Source of the DNA: an uncultured delta proteobacterium
GTDB taxonomy: Bacteria > Myxococcota > Myxococcia > Myxococcales > Anaeromyxobacteraceae
Direction: 5' to 3'
Length of the DNA stretch: 64,000 nucleotides
Assembly: GCA_963766715.1 (NCBI GenBank)
Contig: CAVYBH010000008.1
Coordinates: 480,001 to 544,000 of the forward strand
The notes below the pieces were generated by a model. It did not search any database. It was not told where the DNA came from and saw only the letters and a program-made list of their open reading frames with translations. The translations under genes were made by a program, and so were the position numbers. Below, piece after piece: positions 25,313-36,623 of this stretch (its first letter is position 1; each line of letters starts with the position of its first letter).

Positions 25313-26457
25313 CTCGTCGCCTCCCGACCCGCGTCGGTGAGGACCATGTCGTTCCGGTGGACCACCTCGTCCAGGTACTTATAGCCCAGCGTCCGCTCGA
25401 TCTCGCTCGACTTGAGGCCGGCGATCCGGCGCACCTCGTCGGCCCCGTAGCCGGCCAGCCCCCGGGCGAAGGGGGCCTCCCCTTCCACGGCGATGTCGAC
25501 GGGGTCCCCGATGCCGAAGCTGCCCTCCACCCCCCGGACCCCGGACGGGAGCAGGCTCCTGCCCTGGCCCGCGAGCGCCTTCCGGGCCCCGGCGTCGACC
25601 AGGATGGTCCCCTTGCCCCGGGCGGCCAGCATGAGCCACTCCCGCCGGCCGGCCCGCCGCTCGGCCGCGGGGGCGAAGTAGGTTCCCACCGGGTCGCCGG
25701 CGAGCAGCGCGGCGAGGGCGCCGGGTCGCCGGCCGGAGAGGAGCGCCGTGCCCACGCCCTGGGCGGCCAGCCGCTTGGCGGCCGCGATCTTGGTGGCCAT
25801 CCCCCCCACGCTCCGCTCGCTGCCGGCGCCGCCGGCCATCCGCTCCACCTCGGCGGTGACGCGGGGGACGTCGGAGAGGAGGCGGGCGCCCGGCGAGCGG
25901 GGATCGCGGTCGTAGAGCCCCTCGACGTCGGTGAGCATGACCACCAGGTCCGCGCCGACGCAGGTGGCGACCAGCGCCGCCAGGCTGTCGTTGTCGCCGA
26001 CCTTGATCTCCTCGATGGCCACCGTGTCGTTCTCGTTCACGACCGGAACGACCCCGTGCTCGAGCAGCTTCTCGAAGGTGTGCCGCGCGTTCAGGAACCG
26101 CTTGCGGCTGGCCAGGTCCTCGGCGGTGAGGAGCACCTGGGCCACCTGCCGCCGGTGGGCGCCGAGCGCGCGCCCCCACTCGGCCATCAGGTCGGGCTGC
26201 CCGACCGCCGCGGCGGCCTGCTTGGTGGCGATGTCCCAGGACTTGCGCGGGGAGCGCACCAGCCCGAGCCGCTCCGCCCCGAGCGCGATGGCGCCGGAGG
26301 AGACGACCACCAGGCCGTGGCGTCCGGCCAGGTCGGCCAGCTCCTGCGACAGCCGCTCGCAGTTCTGGCGATTGAAGCGTGCCGCCGCGTCGGTCAGGGT
26401 TCCGGTGCCCACCTTGACGACGAGGCGGCGCGTCTTTCCCAGGGATTGGCGGGGCAC
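25309..26457 (-). CDS. proB: Glutamate 5-kinase
   Basis: [39 protein letters not shown] domain ending HRNDM. Confidence 0.96.
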   Translation of the reverse strand: MPRQSLGKTRRLVVKVGTGTLTDAAARFNRQNCERLSQELADLAGRHGLVVVSSGAIALGAERLGLVRSPRKSWDIATKQAAAAVGQPDLMAEWGRALGAHRRQVAQVLLTAEDLASRKRFLNARHTFEKLLEHGVVPVVNENDTVAIEEIKVGDNDSLAALVATCVGADLVVMLTDVEGLYDRDPRSPGARLLSDVPRVTAEVERMAGGAGSERSVGGMATKIAAAKRLAAQGVGTALLSGRRPGALAALLAGDPVGTYFAPAAERRAGRREWLMLAARGKGTILVDAGARKALAGQGRSLLPSGVRGVEGSFGIGDPVDIAVEGEAPFARGLAGYGADEVRRIAGLKSSEIERTLGYKYLDEVVHRNDMVLTDAGREATR

Positions 26458-26612
26458 GGCGCCATCTTACGCGAGGGCGGGGGCCGGGGCACAGGGCGGC
26501 CCACGCCCCCCGGCATGCCCCTGGCGCGCCCCCTGGGCGAGCGGGTGGCCCCATCCGAGGTGGTTGCCTTCCTCCCGCGGCGGCATAGACGCAAGGGGAG
26601 GAGGAAGACCCC

Positions 26613-27112
26613 ATGATTGACCATTTGACCCTCAAGGTGAGCGACTACGCGCGGAGCAAGCCCTTCTACGCCGCCGCGCTGAAGCCGCTCGGCTACGTCG
26701 TGGCCATGGAGTACGGCGGTGGATGCGGGCTGGGGGTCCCGGGGAAGCCCGACCTCTGGCTGTTCCAGGACCTCCAGAACACGCGCCCCACGCACGTCGC
26801 CTTCCGCGCCGAGAGTCGCGACGCGGTGGACGCGTTCCACGAGGCCGCCATGGGCGCCGGCGCGCGAGACAACGGCCGCCCGGGGATCCGGAAGGACTAC
26901 CACCCGAGCTACTACGCCGCGTTCGTCCTCGATCCGGACGGCCACAACGTGGAGGCGGTGTGCCACGCGCCTCCCCCGCCGAAGGCGAAGCGCGCGACGA
27001 AGCTGCGACGAAGGGCGCGAAGGCAGGGGCCAAGGCGAAGGGAGCGACGCCGCGCGCGGGGACGCGAGCCAGGCCCGCGGCCCGGAAGGGCGCCCGGCGG
27101 CCGCGCGGGTGA
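26613..27112 (+). CDS. VOC family protein with Lys/Ala-rich C-terminal tail (frameshift near 26990-27010)
   Basis: MIDHLTLKV, HVAFRA, YYAAFVLDPDGHNVEAVCH. Strong SD GGAGG. The tail ATKGAKAGAKAKG is in a shifted frame. Confidence 0.85.
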
Positions 27113-27125
27113 TCCGGCTCGAGCT

Positions 27126-28970
27126 TCACGTTCCGTCAGCGGGCAGGTTCAGCTTCCGGAGCAGCGCCCCGTATCGGGGGTCGCCCCGGATCGATGCGAG
27201 CAGCGGGTCGACCTTGATCCAGCCGAGCCCGGTGTCCGCCTGGACGCGCGCCCGCTCGAGCCACTCGAAGGCCTTGTCCTTCTCGCCGCGCCAGGCGTGG
27301 ACCTCGGCGATCTGGTAGGCCGAGTCTCCGGCATGGGCGGCGACGAGGGCGTCGAGCGCGGCCTGCGACTCTCGCGGGTGGCCGAGGGCGTGCTGGGCCA
27401 TCGCCACGCCCGGCAGGCGGATCCAGGCCATCTGCGAGCGCTCGGCCTCGGTGAGCGCCAGCTCGGCGCGTCCGGTGACGATCAGGTCCGCGTAGAGGTA
27501 ATAGCGGGCCTCGTCGAGTTGCGGCGCGATCTCCAGCGCCTTCGCCAGGCTCGCCCGCCCGCGCTCGTGCTCTCCTGAGGAGGTCTGGACCTGGCCCAGG
27601 GTGGTCCAGGCCTGTGCGGAGAGGGGGTCGAGCTCGACGGCCCTGGACAGCTCGGCGGCCGCATCCGGCAGGTTGCCCATCGTCATGAGCATCTGCCCGT
27701 TCACCCAGGCCACGGAGGCGTCGCCCGGCCCGAGCCGTCGTGCCCTCTCGAGGTCGGCACGCGCACCGGCCCAGTCGAGGAGGAAGCCGCGCCGGATCCT
27801 GGCCCGTGCGACGTAGCCGTCGGACAGGTCCGGGCCGAGCGAGATGGCGCGCTCAGCGGCCTCCAGAGCCCGCCGGCGTCGGGCGGGGTCGTTCGGCCCG
27901 TCGACCGCGAACCCCTCGATCCAGCGGAGCGTGTTGGCGATGCCCGCCCAGGCCTGCGCGTAGCTCGGATCGAGCGCGGTGGCCTTCTCGAACTCGGACA
28001 GGGCCCGCACGGCCTTGGCCCCGTCCCCCGTCCGGACCAGGTCGCGCCCGAGCAGGTAGTGGTCATAGGCCTCCCGGACTGGCGTCGCGCCCCGGGAGGG
28101 CCCCCCTTGCCCGGGGAGGAGCTTCACCTTGAGTGCGTCAACGACGGCGTGGGCGATCTCGTCCTGGACCGCGAACACGTCGGAGAGGTCGCGGTCGAAC
28201 GTCTTCGACCAGAGGTGGAACCCGTCCGCGGTCTTGACGAGCTGGGCCGTGATGCGAACCCGGGTGCCCGCCTTGCGGACGCTCCCCTCCAGCACGGTCG
28301 CCACCCCGAGCTTCTGGCCGATGGCGCGAAGGTCGTCGGCCCTCCCCTTGAAGGAGAAGGACGACGTCCTCCCGGACACGCGCAGCCCGTCCATCTGGGC
28401 CAGCGCATTGAGCACCTCCTCGGCGATGCCGTCCGAGAAGTACTCCTGGTCCTTCCCTGGGCTCATGTCCACGAAGGGGAGCACTGCGATCGACGGGGGC
28501 GTCGCCTGGGGACCGTCGACCCGACGAAGCGCGAACGCCGCCAGTCCCGCGCCCAGGAGGATGCTCGCCACGACCAGCCCACCCAGGGCGAGGCGGCGGC
28601 GCGACGCCGGGACGGATCCGCCTGCGGGAGGGGGAGTCACCGTGATCCCGCCTGCGCGGAGGTCGAAGACCCACGCCAGGACGCTCGTGATCGGGAAGCC
28701 GGCGGCGAGCGCCCAGATGACGGCGCGCAGGGTCCAGTCGGGCAGGTCGAGCCCGTGCATCATCGGCTCGACGACCTGGAGCACGGCGAAGGCGAAGACG
28801 CCCCAGCCGAGGAGCGCGCGGAAGATCCTGCGGCGCCTCAGCTCGGCGACCAGCGCCGCGATCCCCTGCGGCCGGGAATCCTTCCCGTCGGGCGGGCACG
28901 ACGCCGGTGAATCGCTGCGGTCGGGCCCTCCCTGCTCCCCCACGGTGCACCCCCGAAGAGCAGCGAGCAT
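27126..28970 (-). CDS. Membrane protein with TolB-like (adenylate-cyclase-associated) domain and TPR repeats
   Basis: ELRRRRIFR plus TM helices, SIAVLPFVDMS, EYFSDGIAEE, VLEGSVRKAG, RITAQL, TPRs, LRKLNL. Start uncertain. Confidence 0.85.
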   Translation of the reverse strand: MLAALRGCTVGEQGGPDRSDSPASCPPDGKDSRPQGIAALVAELRRRRIFRALLGWGVFAFAVLQVVEPMMHGLDLPDWTLRAVIWALAAGFPITSVLAWVFDLRAGGITVTPPPAGGSVPASRRRLALGGLVVASILLGAGLAAFALRRVDGPQATPPSIAVLPFVDMSPGKDQEYFSDGIAEEVLNALAQMDGLRVSGRTSSFSFKGRADDLRAIGQKLGVATVLEGSVRKAGTRVRITAQLVKTADGFHLWSKTFDRDLSDVFAVQDEIAHAVVDALKVKLLPGQGGPSRGATPVREAYDHYLLGRDLVRTGDGAKAVRALSEFEKATALDPSYAQAWAGIANTLRWIEGFAVDGPNDPARRRRALEAAERAISLGPDLSDGYVARARIRRGFLLDWAGARADLERARRLGPGDASVAWVNGQMLMTMGNLPDAAAELSRAVELDPLSAQAWTTLGQVQTSSGEHERGRASLAKALEIAPQLDEARYYLYADLIVTGRAELALTEAERSQMAWIRLPGVAMAQHALGHPRESQAALDALVAAHAGDSAYQIAEVHAWRGEKDKAFEWLERARVQADTGLGWIKVDPLLASIRGDPRYGALLRKLNLPADGT

Positions 28971-29034
28971 AACAGGGCGACGACCCGTTTCACGGGACGG
29001 CCCTGGCCGATTCCGGGTTAAGCCTCCCCCCAGG

Positions 29035-30307
29035 ATGCCCAGGACCGACCTCTCCCTCGCCGAGGCCCGGCGGATCGCGCTCGCCGCCCAGGGCTTCGGC
29101 CGTCCGCGTCCTTCCCGGGCGGTCCGCGCGGCCGATCTCCTCGCCACGGTGCGGCGGCTCGGCCTGCTCCAGATCGACTACGTGACCGTGGTGGTCCCGG
29201 CGCAGTACCAGGTGCTCTTCGCGCGCCACGGCCCGTTCGACCGGTCGCTCCTCGACTCCCTCCTCCGCCGCGTCGACCTCGTCGAGCAGTGGGCCCACGA
29301 GGCCTCGATCGTGCCGGTGGAGGCCTGGCCGCTGCTCGCCCACCGGCGGGAGACGCACCGGCCGCGCCCCTGGGGGTTCCAGGAGCGGCTCGACGCGATG
29401 CCCGAATACGTGGCGCAGGTCCTGTCCGAGATCCGGGAGCGCGGCGCGCTCGCCGCCGACGACCTCCACGACCCGGCCGGCCACCCGGCCCGGCTCGAGC
29501 ACTCCTGGTTCGGGAGCGTGCGCCGGGCCACGCTGGAGGCGCTCTTCGGGCGCGGGGTGCTCGCGGTGGCGGAGCGGCGCCCCGACTTCGCCCGCCTCTA
29601 CGACCTGGCCGAGCGGGTCGTGCCGCCCTCGCACCTCGGGCGCGCCATCGATCGCCAGGCCGCCGAGCGTCAGCTCCTCGCCACCGCGGCCCGGGCCCAC
29701 GGCGTGGCCACCGCCGGCGACCTCGCGGACTACTGGCGCATGCCGGTGCGGGACGCCCGGCCGCGCATCGCCGAGCTGGCCGAGGCACGGCGAGCTCGTC
29801 CCTGCCCGCGTGGAGGGCTGGCGGGAGCCGGCCTGGGTTCACCGGGAGGCGAAGGCGCCGGCCCGGATCGACGGCGCGGCGCTCCTCTCGCCCTTCGACC
29901 CGCTCGTCTGGACCCGGCGGCGGACCGCGCGCCTCTTCGGCTTCGAGTACCGGCTCGAGATCTTCGTGCCGGAGGCCAAGCGGCAGTTCGGCGCCTACGT
30001 GCTGCCGATCCTGCTCGGCGATCGGCTGGTGGGGCGGCTCGACCTCAAGGCCGATCGGGCCCGCGACCGGCTGCTCGTGAAGGGCGCCCACGTCGAGCCC
30101 GGCGAGGCGCCGGGGCCCGTGGCGGAGGCCGCCGGTGTCGAGCTCGAATCCCTGGCGTCGTGGCTCGGGCTGGGCTCCGTCGCGGTGACGCGGCGCGGAT
30201 CGCTCGCCCGGGCCCTCGCCGCCGCCGTCCGGGTGGCCTCCGGGGCGCGGCGTGGCTATGTTCGAGGCCAAACATGCAAGAAGTCCACGGCAACACGCTC
30301 GGCCTGA
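29035..30307 (+). CDS. YcaQ/AlkZ-like winged-helix (HTH_42) crosslink-repair DNA glycosylase family protein (frameshift near 29790)
   Basis: [29 protein letters not shown], then [34 protein letters not shown]. Confidence 0.85.
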
Positions 30308-32007
30308 AGCAGAGCCAGCTGCACGCGCTCCGTCGCACCTACCGCCGCCGGGTCGACGCCGGACAGGTGGTCTCGCCGGAGATGGCCCGGCACCTCACCG
30401 AGATCTCGCGCGAGACCAACCGGCAGGTGGGCGTCCTGCTCGACCGCAAGGGCGACGTCTTCGGGGTCATCGTCGGGGACGCCGGCAAGCTCACCCTGCC
30501 CGACGTGGGGCGCGCCCGGGCCGGCTCCCACCGCCTCCGCGGACTGCGGCTCGTGCACACGCACCTGCGCGGCGAGCCGCTCAGCCGCGACGACCACACC
30601 GACCTCGCGCTGCTCCGCCTCGACTCGGTCACCGCGCTCGAGGTGAAGGAGGACGGGCTCCCCGGGAAGGTCCACCTGGCCCACCTGCTGCCGGAGAACC
30701 CGCAGGGCGCGCTCTGGAAGGACGAGCTCGCCCCGTCGGTGCACGACCTCGACTACGACGCGGTCTCGGGGCCGCTGGCGCTCGAGGAGGAGTTCGCCCG
30801 CGCGTCCGCGCTGCGCCGCACCGGCGGCCGGGAGCGCGCCATCCTGGTCGGGGTGGGCGGCGGCAAGGGCCGGGGGCGCGCCGAGGCCGAGAGCTCGCTC
30901 GCCGAGCTCCGGGAGCTCGCCCGCACGGCGGGCGTGGAGGTCATCGACGCGTCGGTGCAGATGCGCCGCGATCCCGACCCTCGCACCCTCATCGGAAAGG
31001 GGAAGCTCGAGGACATCCTGCTCCGGTCGATGCAGCTCATGGCCGACGTGATCATCTTCGACGCCGACCTCTCCCCCTCGCAGGCCATCCACATCGCCGA
31101 CGCCACCGCCCTCAAGATCCTCGACCGGACCCAGCTCATCCTCGACATCTTCGCGCAGCGGGCCCAGTCGGCCGACGGCAAGCTGCAGGTGGAGCTGGCG
31201 CAGCTCGAGTACCTGTACCCGCGCCTCGTCGGGCGCGACGACTCGCTCTCGCGGCTGGCGGGCGGCATCGGCGGGCGCGGCCCCGGCGAGACCAAGCTCG
31301 AGATCGACCGCCGCCGGGTGCGCGACCGGATCACGCAGCTCAAGCGGCGCATCGACGCGCTCTCCACCGACCGCCAGGTCCGGCGCAAGCGGCGCAACGC
31401 CCGCGGCCTGCCGGTCATCTCCATCGTGGGCTACACCAACGCCGGCAAGTCCACGCTGCTCAACGCGCTCACCGAGTCGGAGGTGCTGGCCGAGGACAAG
31501 CTCTTCGCCACGCTCGACCCCACCAGCCGGCGGCTGCGCTTCCCGCGCGACCGCGAGGTGATCATCACCGACACGGTGGGCTTCATCCGCGACCTGCCCG
31601 AGGACCTGATCTCGGCCTTCCGCGCCACGCTCGAGGAGCTCGACGACGCCGACCTCCTGCTCCACGTCGCCGACGCGGCCGACCCGAACCTCGACGCCCA
31701 CGTGGCGGCGGTCGAGAAGATCCTGGGCGACCTCGGGCTCCTCGAGACCCCGCGCCTGCTGGTGCTCAACAAGGTGGACCGGCTGGCGCCCGGCGAGGGG
31801 GCGGCGATCGCCGCCGCGCGCGGGGGCGTCGCCATCTCGGCCTCGACCCGCGCCCGGCTCCCGGAGCTGCTCCACCGCTGCGACCAGGTGCTCTGGAAGG
31901 ACGGGCGCGCCACCCTCGCCGACGTGTCGCGCAGCGCCGCCGAGAGCCAGCCCGAGCCGCCGCGGATCCTGCCGTCGGCGCCGCCCCGGCTCCGGGAAGG
32001 GACGTAG
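30274..32007 (+). CDS. hflX: GTPase HflX (long form with N-terminal extension)
   Basis: [44 protein letters not shown]. Confidence 0.96.
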   Translation: MQEVHGNTLGLKQSQLHALRRTYRRRVDAGQVVSPEMARHLTEISRETNRQVGVLLDRKGDVFGVIVGDAGKLTLPDVGRARAGSHRLRGLRLVHTHLRGEPLSRDDHTDLALLRLDSVTALEVKEDGLPGKVHLAHLLPENPQGALWKDELAPSVHDLDYDAVSGPLALEEEFARASALRRTGGRERAILVGVGGGKGRGRAEAESSLAELRELARTAGVEVIDASVQMRRDPDPRTLIGKGKLEDILLRSMQLMADVIIFDADLSPSQAIHIADATALKILDRTQLILDIFAQRAQSADGKLQVELAQLEYLYPRLVGRDDSLSRLAGGIGGRGPGETKLEIDRRRVRDRITQLKRRIDALSTDRQVRRKRRNARGLPVISIVGYTNAGKSTLLNALTESEVLAEDKLFATLDPTSRRLRFPRDREVIITDTVGFIRDLPEDLISAFRATLEELDDADLLLHVADAADPNLDAHVAAVEKILGDLGLLETPRLLVLNKVDRLAPGEGAAIAAARGGVAISASTRARLPELLHRCDQVLWKDGRATLADVSRSAAESQPEPPRILPSAPPRLREGT

Positions 32008-32063
32008 GTCCTGCACGGGGCGCCGCGTGGCGTCCCCGGGGCCCGCATCGTAGAGTGCCGCCG

Positions 32064-33065
32064 ATGCGCCGCCCGGTCCTCCTCGCCGCGACCCTGCTGC
32101 TCTCCGCCGCCTGCAGCCGCGGGGATGCCTCCCACGGCCAGGCCCCCGCGGCGCCGAAGGGGCCGGCCCCGTTCGACTGGGATCGCCCGGCCACCGCGCT
32201 GCGGATGACGCCCGACGACGCGGCCGCGCGCATCGGGTCGTTCGACTGGGCCGGCGACGTCTCCTGGTCGGTGGCCCGCGGCGACCGGAAGCTCGCCGCC
32301 TCGGAGCACCACGCCGTCCGGCAGCTGGCCTCCGGCGAGTTCGCCGCCGAGGGGACGGTGGACCCCGGGCGCGGACCGGGCTCGGAGAGCGGGAAGCGCG
32401 TGCTGTGGACGAAGGGGATGAGCTATGCCCGCTCCCTCTACCCGGCCGGCGGCGCCTGGCGCGAGCGCCCCGACGATCACGGGGTGGGCGCGCGGCGCTT
32501 CCGCGACGAGAGCTTCCTCCTCGCCGGGGAGGTCGCGCGGATGATCGGCCCGGGTCTCACGGCGTCGCCGGCGGGAACCGGCGCGGTGCTGGGCCGCCCG
32601 GCCCGGCGCTTCGCGCTCGCCCTCGATCGCGGACGGTTCGAGGCGGGCCCGTCGCGCCTCTCGGCCGAGCCGCCCCCGGGCGGCCCCGACCCCGACACGA
32701 AGCTCCGGCTCGCGCTGCTCGACGGGCGCGAGCCCATCGACGCCTCGGGCGAGATGCTCCTCGACGCGGCCACCGGCGCCCCGCTCTCGATCCGCCTCTT
32801 CGCGCTCTTCGGCGTGAAGGGGGATCCGGACGCCCGGGTGCGCGTGGAGGTGGAGGGGAAGGTCACCGCGCTGGGCGGCGAGGTGGCCGCCATCGAGCCC
32901 CCGGCCAAGCTGCTCCCCGACGAGCGCAGGCCGAAGGGCGTGGCGCGCGCGCTCGAGAAGGCCGGCCTCCGGAAGCGCAAGGGCGCCGGCGCGGAGACCC
33001 CGGAGCCGGAGGGCGAGCCGCCCGCCGAGCCGGAGGACGCGGGCGAGGCGGACGCCGAGGAGTAG
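32064..33065 (+). CDS. Hypothetical lipoprotein
   Basis: MRRPVLLAATLLLSAAC lipobox, GC3-biased frame, acidic C-terminus. Confidence 0.7.
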   Translation: MRRPVLLAATLLLSAACSRGDASHGQAPAAPKGPAPFDWDRPATALRMTPDDAAARIGSFDWAGDVSWSVARGDRKLAASEHHAVRQLASGEFAAEGTVDPGRGPGSESGKRVLWTKGMSYARSLYPAGGAWRERPDDHGVGARRFRDESFLLAGEVARMIGPGLTASPAGTGAVLGRPARRFALALDRGRFEAGPSRLSAEPPPGGPDPDTKLRLALLDGREPIDASGEMLLDAATGAPLSIRLFALFGVKGDPDARVRVEVEGKVTALGGEVAAIEPPAKLLPDERRPKGVARALEKAGLRKRKGAGAETPEPEGEPPAEPEDAGEADAEE

Positions 33066-33083
33066 GACGCCCCGGCGCCGGGT

Positions 33084-33527
33084 TCACCCTCGGTGCCGGC
33101 GCCACTCCACCATCAGGCAGCGGTCCTGCACCACCTGGATCCCGGCCCGGGCCAGCGCCTCGGCCGCGGCGTCGTTGCGGATGCCCAGCTGGAACCAGAC
33201 GGCCCGGGGCTTCTTCGCGATCAGGTCGGGCAGGTGTGCGGGGATGTCGGAGGGCTTCCGGAACACGTCGACGATGTCCACCGTCCCGGGGACATCCGCC
33301 ACCTTCCTGTACACCTTCCGTCCCAGGATCTCGGTCGCCTCCGGGTAGTAGACGGGGACCGGGATCACCTCGCCGCCGTGATCGGCCACGTACCTCGCCA
33401 CGTAGAACGCGGCCTGATCGGCCTGCGCCTCGGTCTTCACCCCGAGTACCGCCACCCGCCTCGCCTCGCGGAGCAGCCCGCCGATGGCGGCGTCGTCGGT
33501 CAGGAGGTTTTCCTTCCAGTCGGCCAT
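33084..33527 (-). CDS. CoA-binding protein (YccU-like)
   Basis: VAVLG, VDIVDVFR, VWFQLGI, VVQDRC. Confidence 0.9.
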   Translation of the reverse strand: MADWKENLLTDDAAIGGLLREARRVAVLGVKTEAQADQAAFYVARYVADHGGEVIPVPVYYPEATEILGRKVYRKVADVPGTVDIVDVFRKPSDIPAHLPDLIAKKPRAVWFQLGIRNDAAAEALARAGIQVVQDRCLMVEWRRHRG

Positions 33528-33624
33528 GTCGTCTCCTCTCGCTCCCTGGGAGCCTCTAGCGGGCCGGAGGGGGCGCCGCGCCCGAAAATTGGACAAGTGT
33601 CCGCAGCTATCTAGGATTTCAGTC

Positions 33625-33954
33625 ATGACGAAGAAGAAGACCGCCGAGTCCACCGTCACCGAGTCCTCCGCGCAGGCCGTGCTTCGCCGCCGCGGCGCGA
33701 CCGGGCTCGCCGCCGACGAGGAGAAGGTGCTGCGCATGCGGCTGGGCGCCTCGCTCCCCCGGAAGGGCGAGATCGAGTGGATGGGCAGCGCCGACGAGGA
33801 GCTGGCCATCGAGCTCCGCGCCATCGAGATCGAGACCTATCTGAAGCTGCGCGCCCACCAGACGCGCCGCGTCGTGGCCGTCGCGCCGCCGAGCACCTCG
33901 CGGACGAAGGACAAGATCGTCCGGGCGCTCCGCCGCAAGGGCCCGACCCGCTAG
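33625..33954 (+). CDS. Small hypothetical protein resembling sigma-70 region 4
   Basis: 109 aa with EEKVLRMRLG and RAIEIETYLKLR. Preceded by TTGGAC-17-TAGGAT. Confidence 0.7.
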   Translation: MTKKKTAESTVTESSAQAVLRRRGATGLAADEEKVLRMRLGASLPRKGEIEWMGSADEELAIELRAIEIETYLKLRAHQTRRVVAVAPPSTSRTKDKIVRALRRKGPTR

Positions 33955-35320
33955 CCCCCGCCCAGCCGGGCCACGAGCGCCTCCGCCGCGAACGCGAGCG
34001 GGGGCCTCTCCTTTTCGGGGCCCGGGCTCCCGGCCGCGAGCCGGCCGGCCAGCGCCTCCGCCGTGCGCGGGTTGCGCCAGTAGTCCTCGTCGAAGCGGTT
34101 CCGCAGGTCGGCCTGGATCTGCGCCGCCCAGGCCGCGCCGGCCAGCGCGGACCGGTGCCCCTCGAGGTCGGCGTCGCGGGCGGCGAGCCCGTCGGGCCAG
34201 GAGGCGAGCGCGGCGCGCGACATGGCCTCCCGGTGGGCCTCGCGCCAGGCGCGTCCGCTCGTCCCCCGCTCCACCTCGGCGGCCACCCGCAGCGCCGCGG
34301 CCCGGGCCCGGAGCTGGAAGAGGAGGCGCAGCGAGAGGCGCCGGATCACGTCCTTCCCGCCTCTTGCGATCGACACCGGCCGCCCGCTCCAGGAAGCGCG
34401 GCTCGAGGAGGAGGAGCGCGCCCAGCGCGCCGGCGGTGGCGGGGAGCGCGGGGTCGCGCGTCGACGGGCGCGAGGTGGCGGCGGCCGCGGCGCGCCCGGC
34501 GGCGGCGAGGAGGTCGAGCCAGTCGGCTGCGCCGCCCTGCCTCCGCAGCGAGAGCCGTCCCTCGAAGGCGTGCGCCCCGGGCCACTTCGCGGCGCGTGCA
34601 CCGCCGTCGAGCCGGCACGCGACGCACGTCGATCCCGAGCCCGTCGAACCCCTCCAGCACCACCTGCGAGAGCGGCGCGGGCCGGAACAGGCCGTCCAGG
34701 TCGCGGAAGGCGAGCAGGTGGAGGAGCCCGGTCCGGTCGAGGTCGCCCCGGGGCGGCAGCTCGACCCCGTCGCGCCGCGCCAGCCACTCGAGCACGTCCC
34801 GGTAGCCTCCCTCGGAGGCCGCGAGCACGTCGTCGGCCTCCACCACGTCGTCCCAGGGCGGGGTGAGCCCCAGCGAGGCGCGGACCCGGGCGCGCGCCTC
34901 GGCCGCCGCCTCCCGCGGCGCGGAGCAGGCGCCGGCCGCCTCGGCGATGGCGCGGCCCAGCGCGCGGCGGCGCTCCGGATCCCGCTCGTGGATCCCCGCC
35001 AGCTCCGCGTCGGCGAGGCCGATCGGGCCGTCCGGGCCGTTCCCGGTGGCCTCCGAGTCGGCGGCCCGCCAGGCCTCCTCGTCGGAGGCGGCCGCCCGCT
35101 CGGCGGCGAGCGAGGCGACCCGCGCGGCGAGCTCCTTCTGCCCGCCCTCCCGGAGCTCGACGACGGTCTCGCGGTGCGCGGCCGGTCCGTGGGCCTCGAA
35201 CACGGCGCAGAGCTCCGGGCGGCGGACCAGCCCGGCCACGTGCCGGTACCGCTCCTCGGAGAGCGCGCGGGAGAGGGCGTCCACGCCTTCCCTCACCTGC
35301 TCGAGCCGGTCGTCGTCCAT
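33951..35320 (-). CDS. Hypothetical protein, possibly M3-peptidase-like fold (multiple frameshifts)
   Basis: Coding-like N-terminus (ALSEERYRHVAGL) in ORF 34346..35332 and C-terminus RFDEDYWRNP in ORF 33951..34787. The family call is tentative. Confidence 0.5.
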
Positions 35321-35339
35321 GGACGCCATCATAGGCGGC

Positions 35340-35367
35340 TTGACACCCTCCGCTGCCCGATTACCTT
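35340..35367 (+). promoter_or_regulatory. Sigma-70-type promoter of the FmdB-rlu operon
   Basis: TTGACA (35340-35345), 16-nt spacer, TACCTT (35362-35367). Confidence 0.55.
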
Positions 35368-35376
35368 CCCGGCTCC

Positions 35377-35613
35377 ATGCCCATCTACGAGTACGACTGC
35401 CCGAAGTGCGGGCGCTTCGACACCCTCCAGAAGATGTCGGCGCCGCCGCTCCGCCGGCACGAGGCCTGCGGCTCGCCGGTGAAGAAGGTCATGAGCGCCG
35501 GGGCCTTCGCCCTGAAGGGCTCGGGCTTCCACGCCACCGACTACAAGAAGGCCCCCGCCTGCGCCGCCCCCAGGGGCGCGGGATGCGCGGGCTGCCCCTC
35601 GGCCGAGGCCTGA
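35377..35613 (+). CDS. FmdB family zinc-ribbon protein
   Basis: MPIYEYDCPKCG, FALKGSGFHATDY, CAGC tail. Confidence 0.9.
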   Translation: MPIYEYDCPKCGRFDTLQKMSAPPLRRHEACGSPVKKVMSAGAFALKGSGFHATDYKKAPACAAPRGAGCAGCPSAEA

Positions 35614-35629
35614 TGGCCCGGGCCGGGCG

Positions 35630-36532
35630 ATGAAGCGGCTCGCCCTCGCGGCCGGCCCCTCCGACGACGGCGAGCGGATCGACCGCTTCATCGCGGCGCG
35701 CGGCGGCATCTCCCGCGGGGAGGCCCGTCGCGCCCTCGAGCGCGGCGGCGTCTTCCTCGACGGGAAGCGCTGCAAGGTCTCCGGCCGCATCCTCCACGCC
35801 GGCCAGAAGGTCACGGTCAACCTGGAGGAGGCGGGCCGGGGCGCGGGCGCGGCCGCGCCCCTGGATCGCTCGCGCCTCCTCTTCGCCGACGAGCAGATCG
35901 CGGTCGTCGACAAGCCGGCCGGCATCCCGGCGCAGCCCACCCTGACCACCGACCGCGGCCACCTGCCGGAGCTGGTCTCGGCGCTGACCGGGTCGACGGT
36001 GATCCTCGTCCACCGGCTCGACCGGGAGACGAGCGGCGTCACCGTGCTCGCGCGCACCCCCGGCGCAGCCCGGACCCTCGCCGACGCCTTCCGCGACGGC
36101 TCCCCGGAGAAGACCTACCTGGCCCTCTGCGCCCGCGCGCCCGAGCCGCCGGAGGGGCGCGTCGACGCGCCGCTCGGCAAGGACCCGCGCCACCCGGGGC
36201 GCCGCGCGGTCCTGCCCGACGGGCAGGCCGCCGCCACCCGCTACCGGACGCTCGCGGTGGGTCCCGGGGGAGCGGCGCTCGTCCAGGCCTGGCCGGAGAC
36301 CGGCCGCACCCACCAGATCCGCGTCCACCTCGCCCACCTCGGGGCGCCGCTGCTCGGCGACGCCCGCTACGGCGGCCCGCGGATGGTGGGCGCCCTCGCC
36401 ATCCCGCGGGTGATGCTCCACGCCCTGCGGCTCGAGCTCGGCCACCCCGTCACCGGCGCCCGCATGGCCTTCGAGGCGCCCGTCCCGGACGACTTCGCCG
36501 CCGCGCGGGACGCCCTCGGCATCCCGGCCTGA
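35630..36532 (+). CDS. RluA-family pseudouridine synthase with S4 domain
   Basis: RIDRFIA, DKPAG, VHRLDRETSG, TGRTHQIRVH, LHALRL. Confidence 0.93.
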   Translation: MKRLALAAGPSDDGERIDRFIAARGGISRGEARRALERGGVFLDGKRCKVSGRILHAGQKVTVNLEEAGRGAGAAAPLDRSRLLFADEQIAVVDKPAGIPAQPTLTTDRGHLPELVSALTGSTVILVHRLDRETSGVTVLARTPGAARTLADAFRDGSPEKTYLALCARAPEPPEGRVDAPLGKDPRHPGRRAVLPDGQAAATRYRTLAVGPGGAALVQAWPETGRTHQIRVHLAHLGAPLLGDARYGGPRMVGALAIPRVMLHALRLELGHPVTGARMAFEAPVPDDFAAARDALGIPA

Positions 36533-36623
36533 GCGCCCTTCCGCCGGGTGGAATCCGGCCAGGAAACGTGCTTTCTTCCCGCCCCGTGGCCGGCCCCAGC
36601 CGGTCCGGGAGGATCCCCAGGCG

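Noticed and set aside
28129..32007. 1292-aa ORF suggesting a YcaQ-HflX fusion
   Set aside because: It is an artefact of the frameshift near 29790. The YcaQ C-terminus is in another frame and hflX has its own ATG at 30274.
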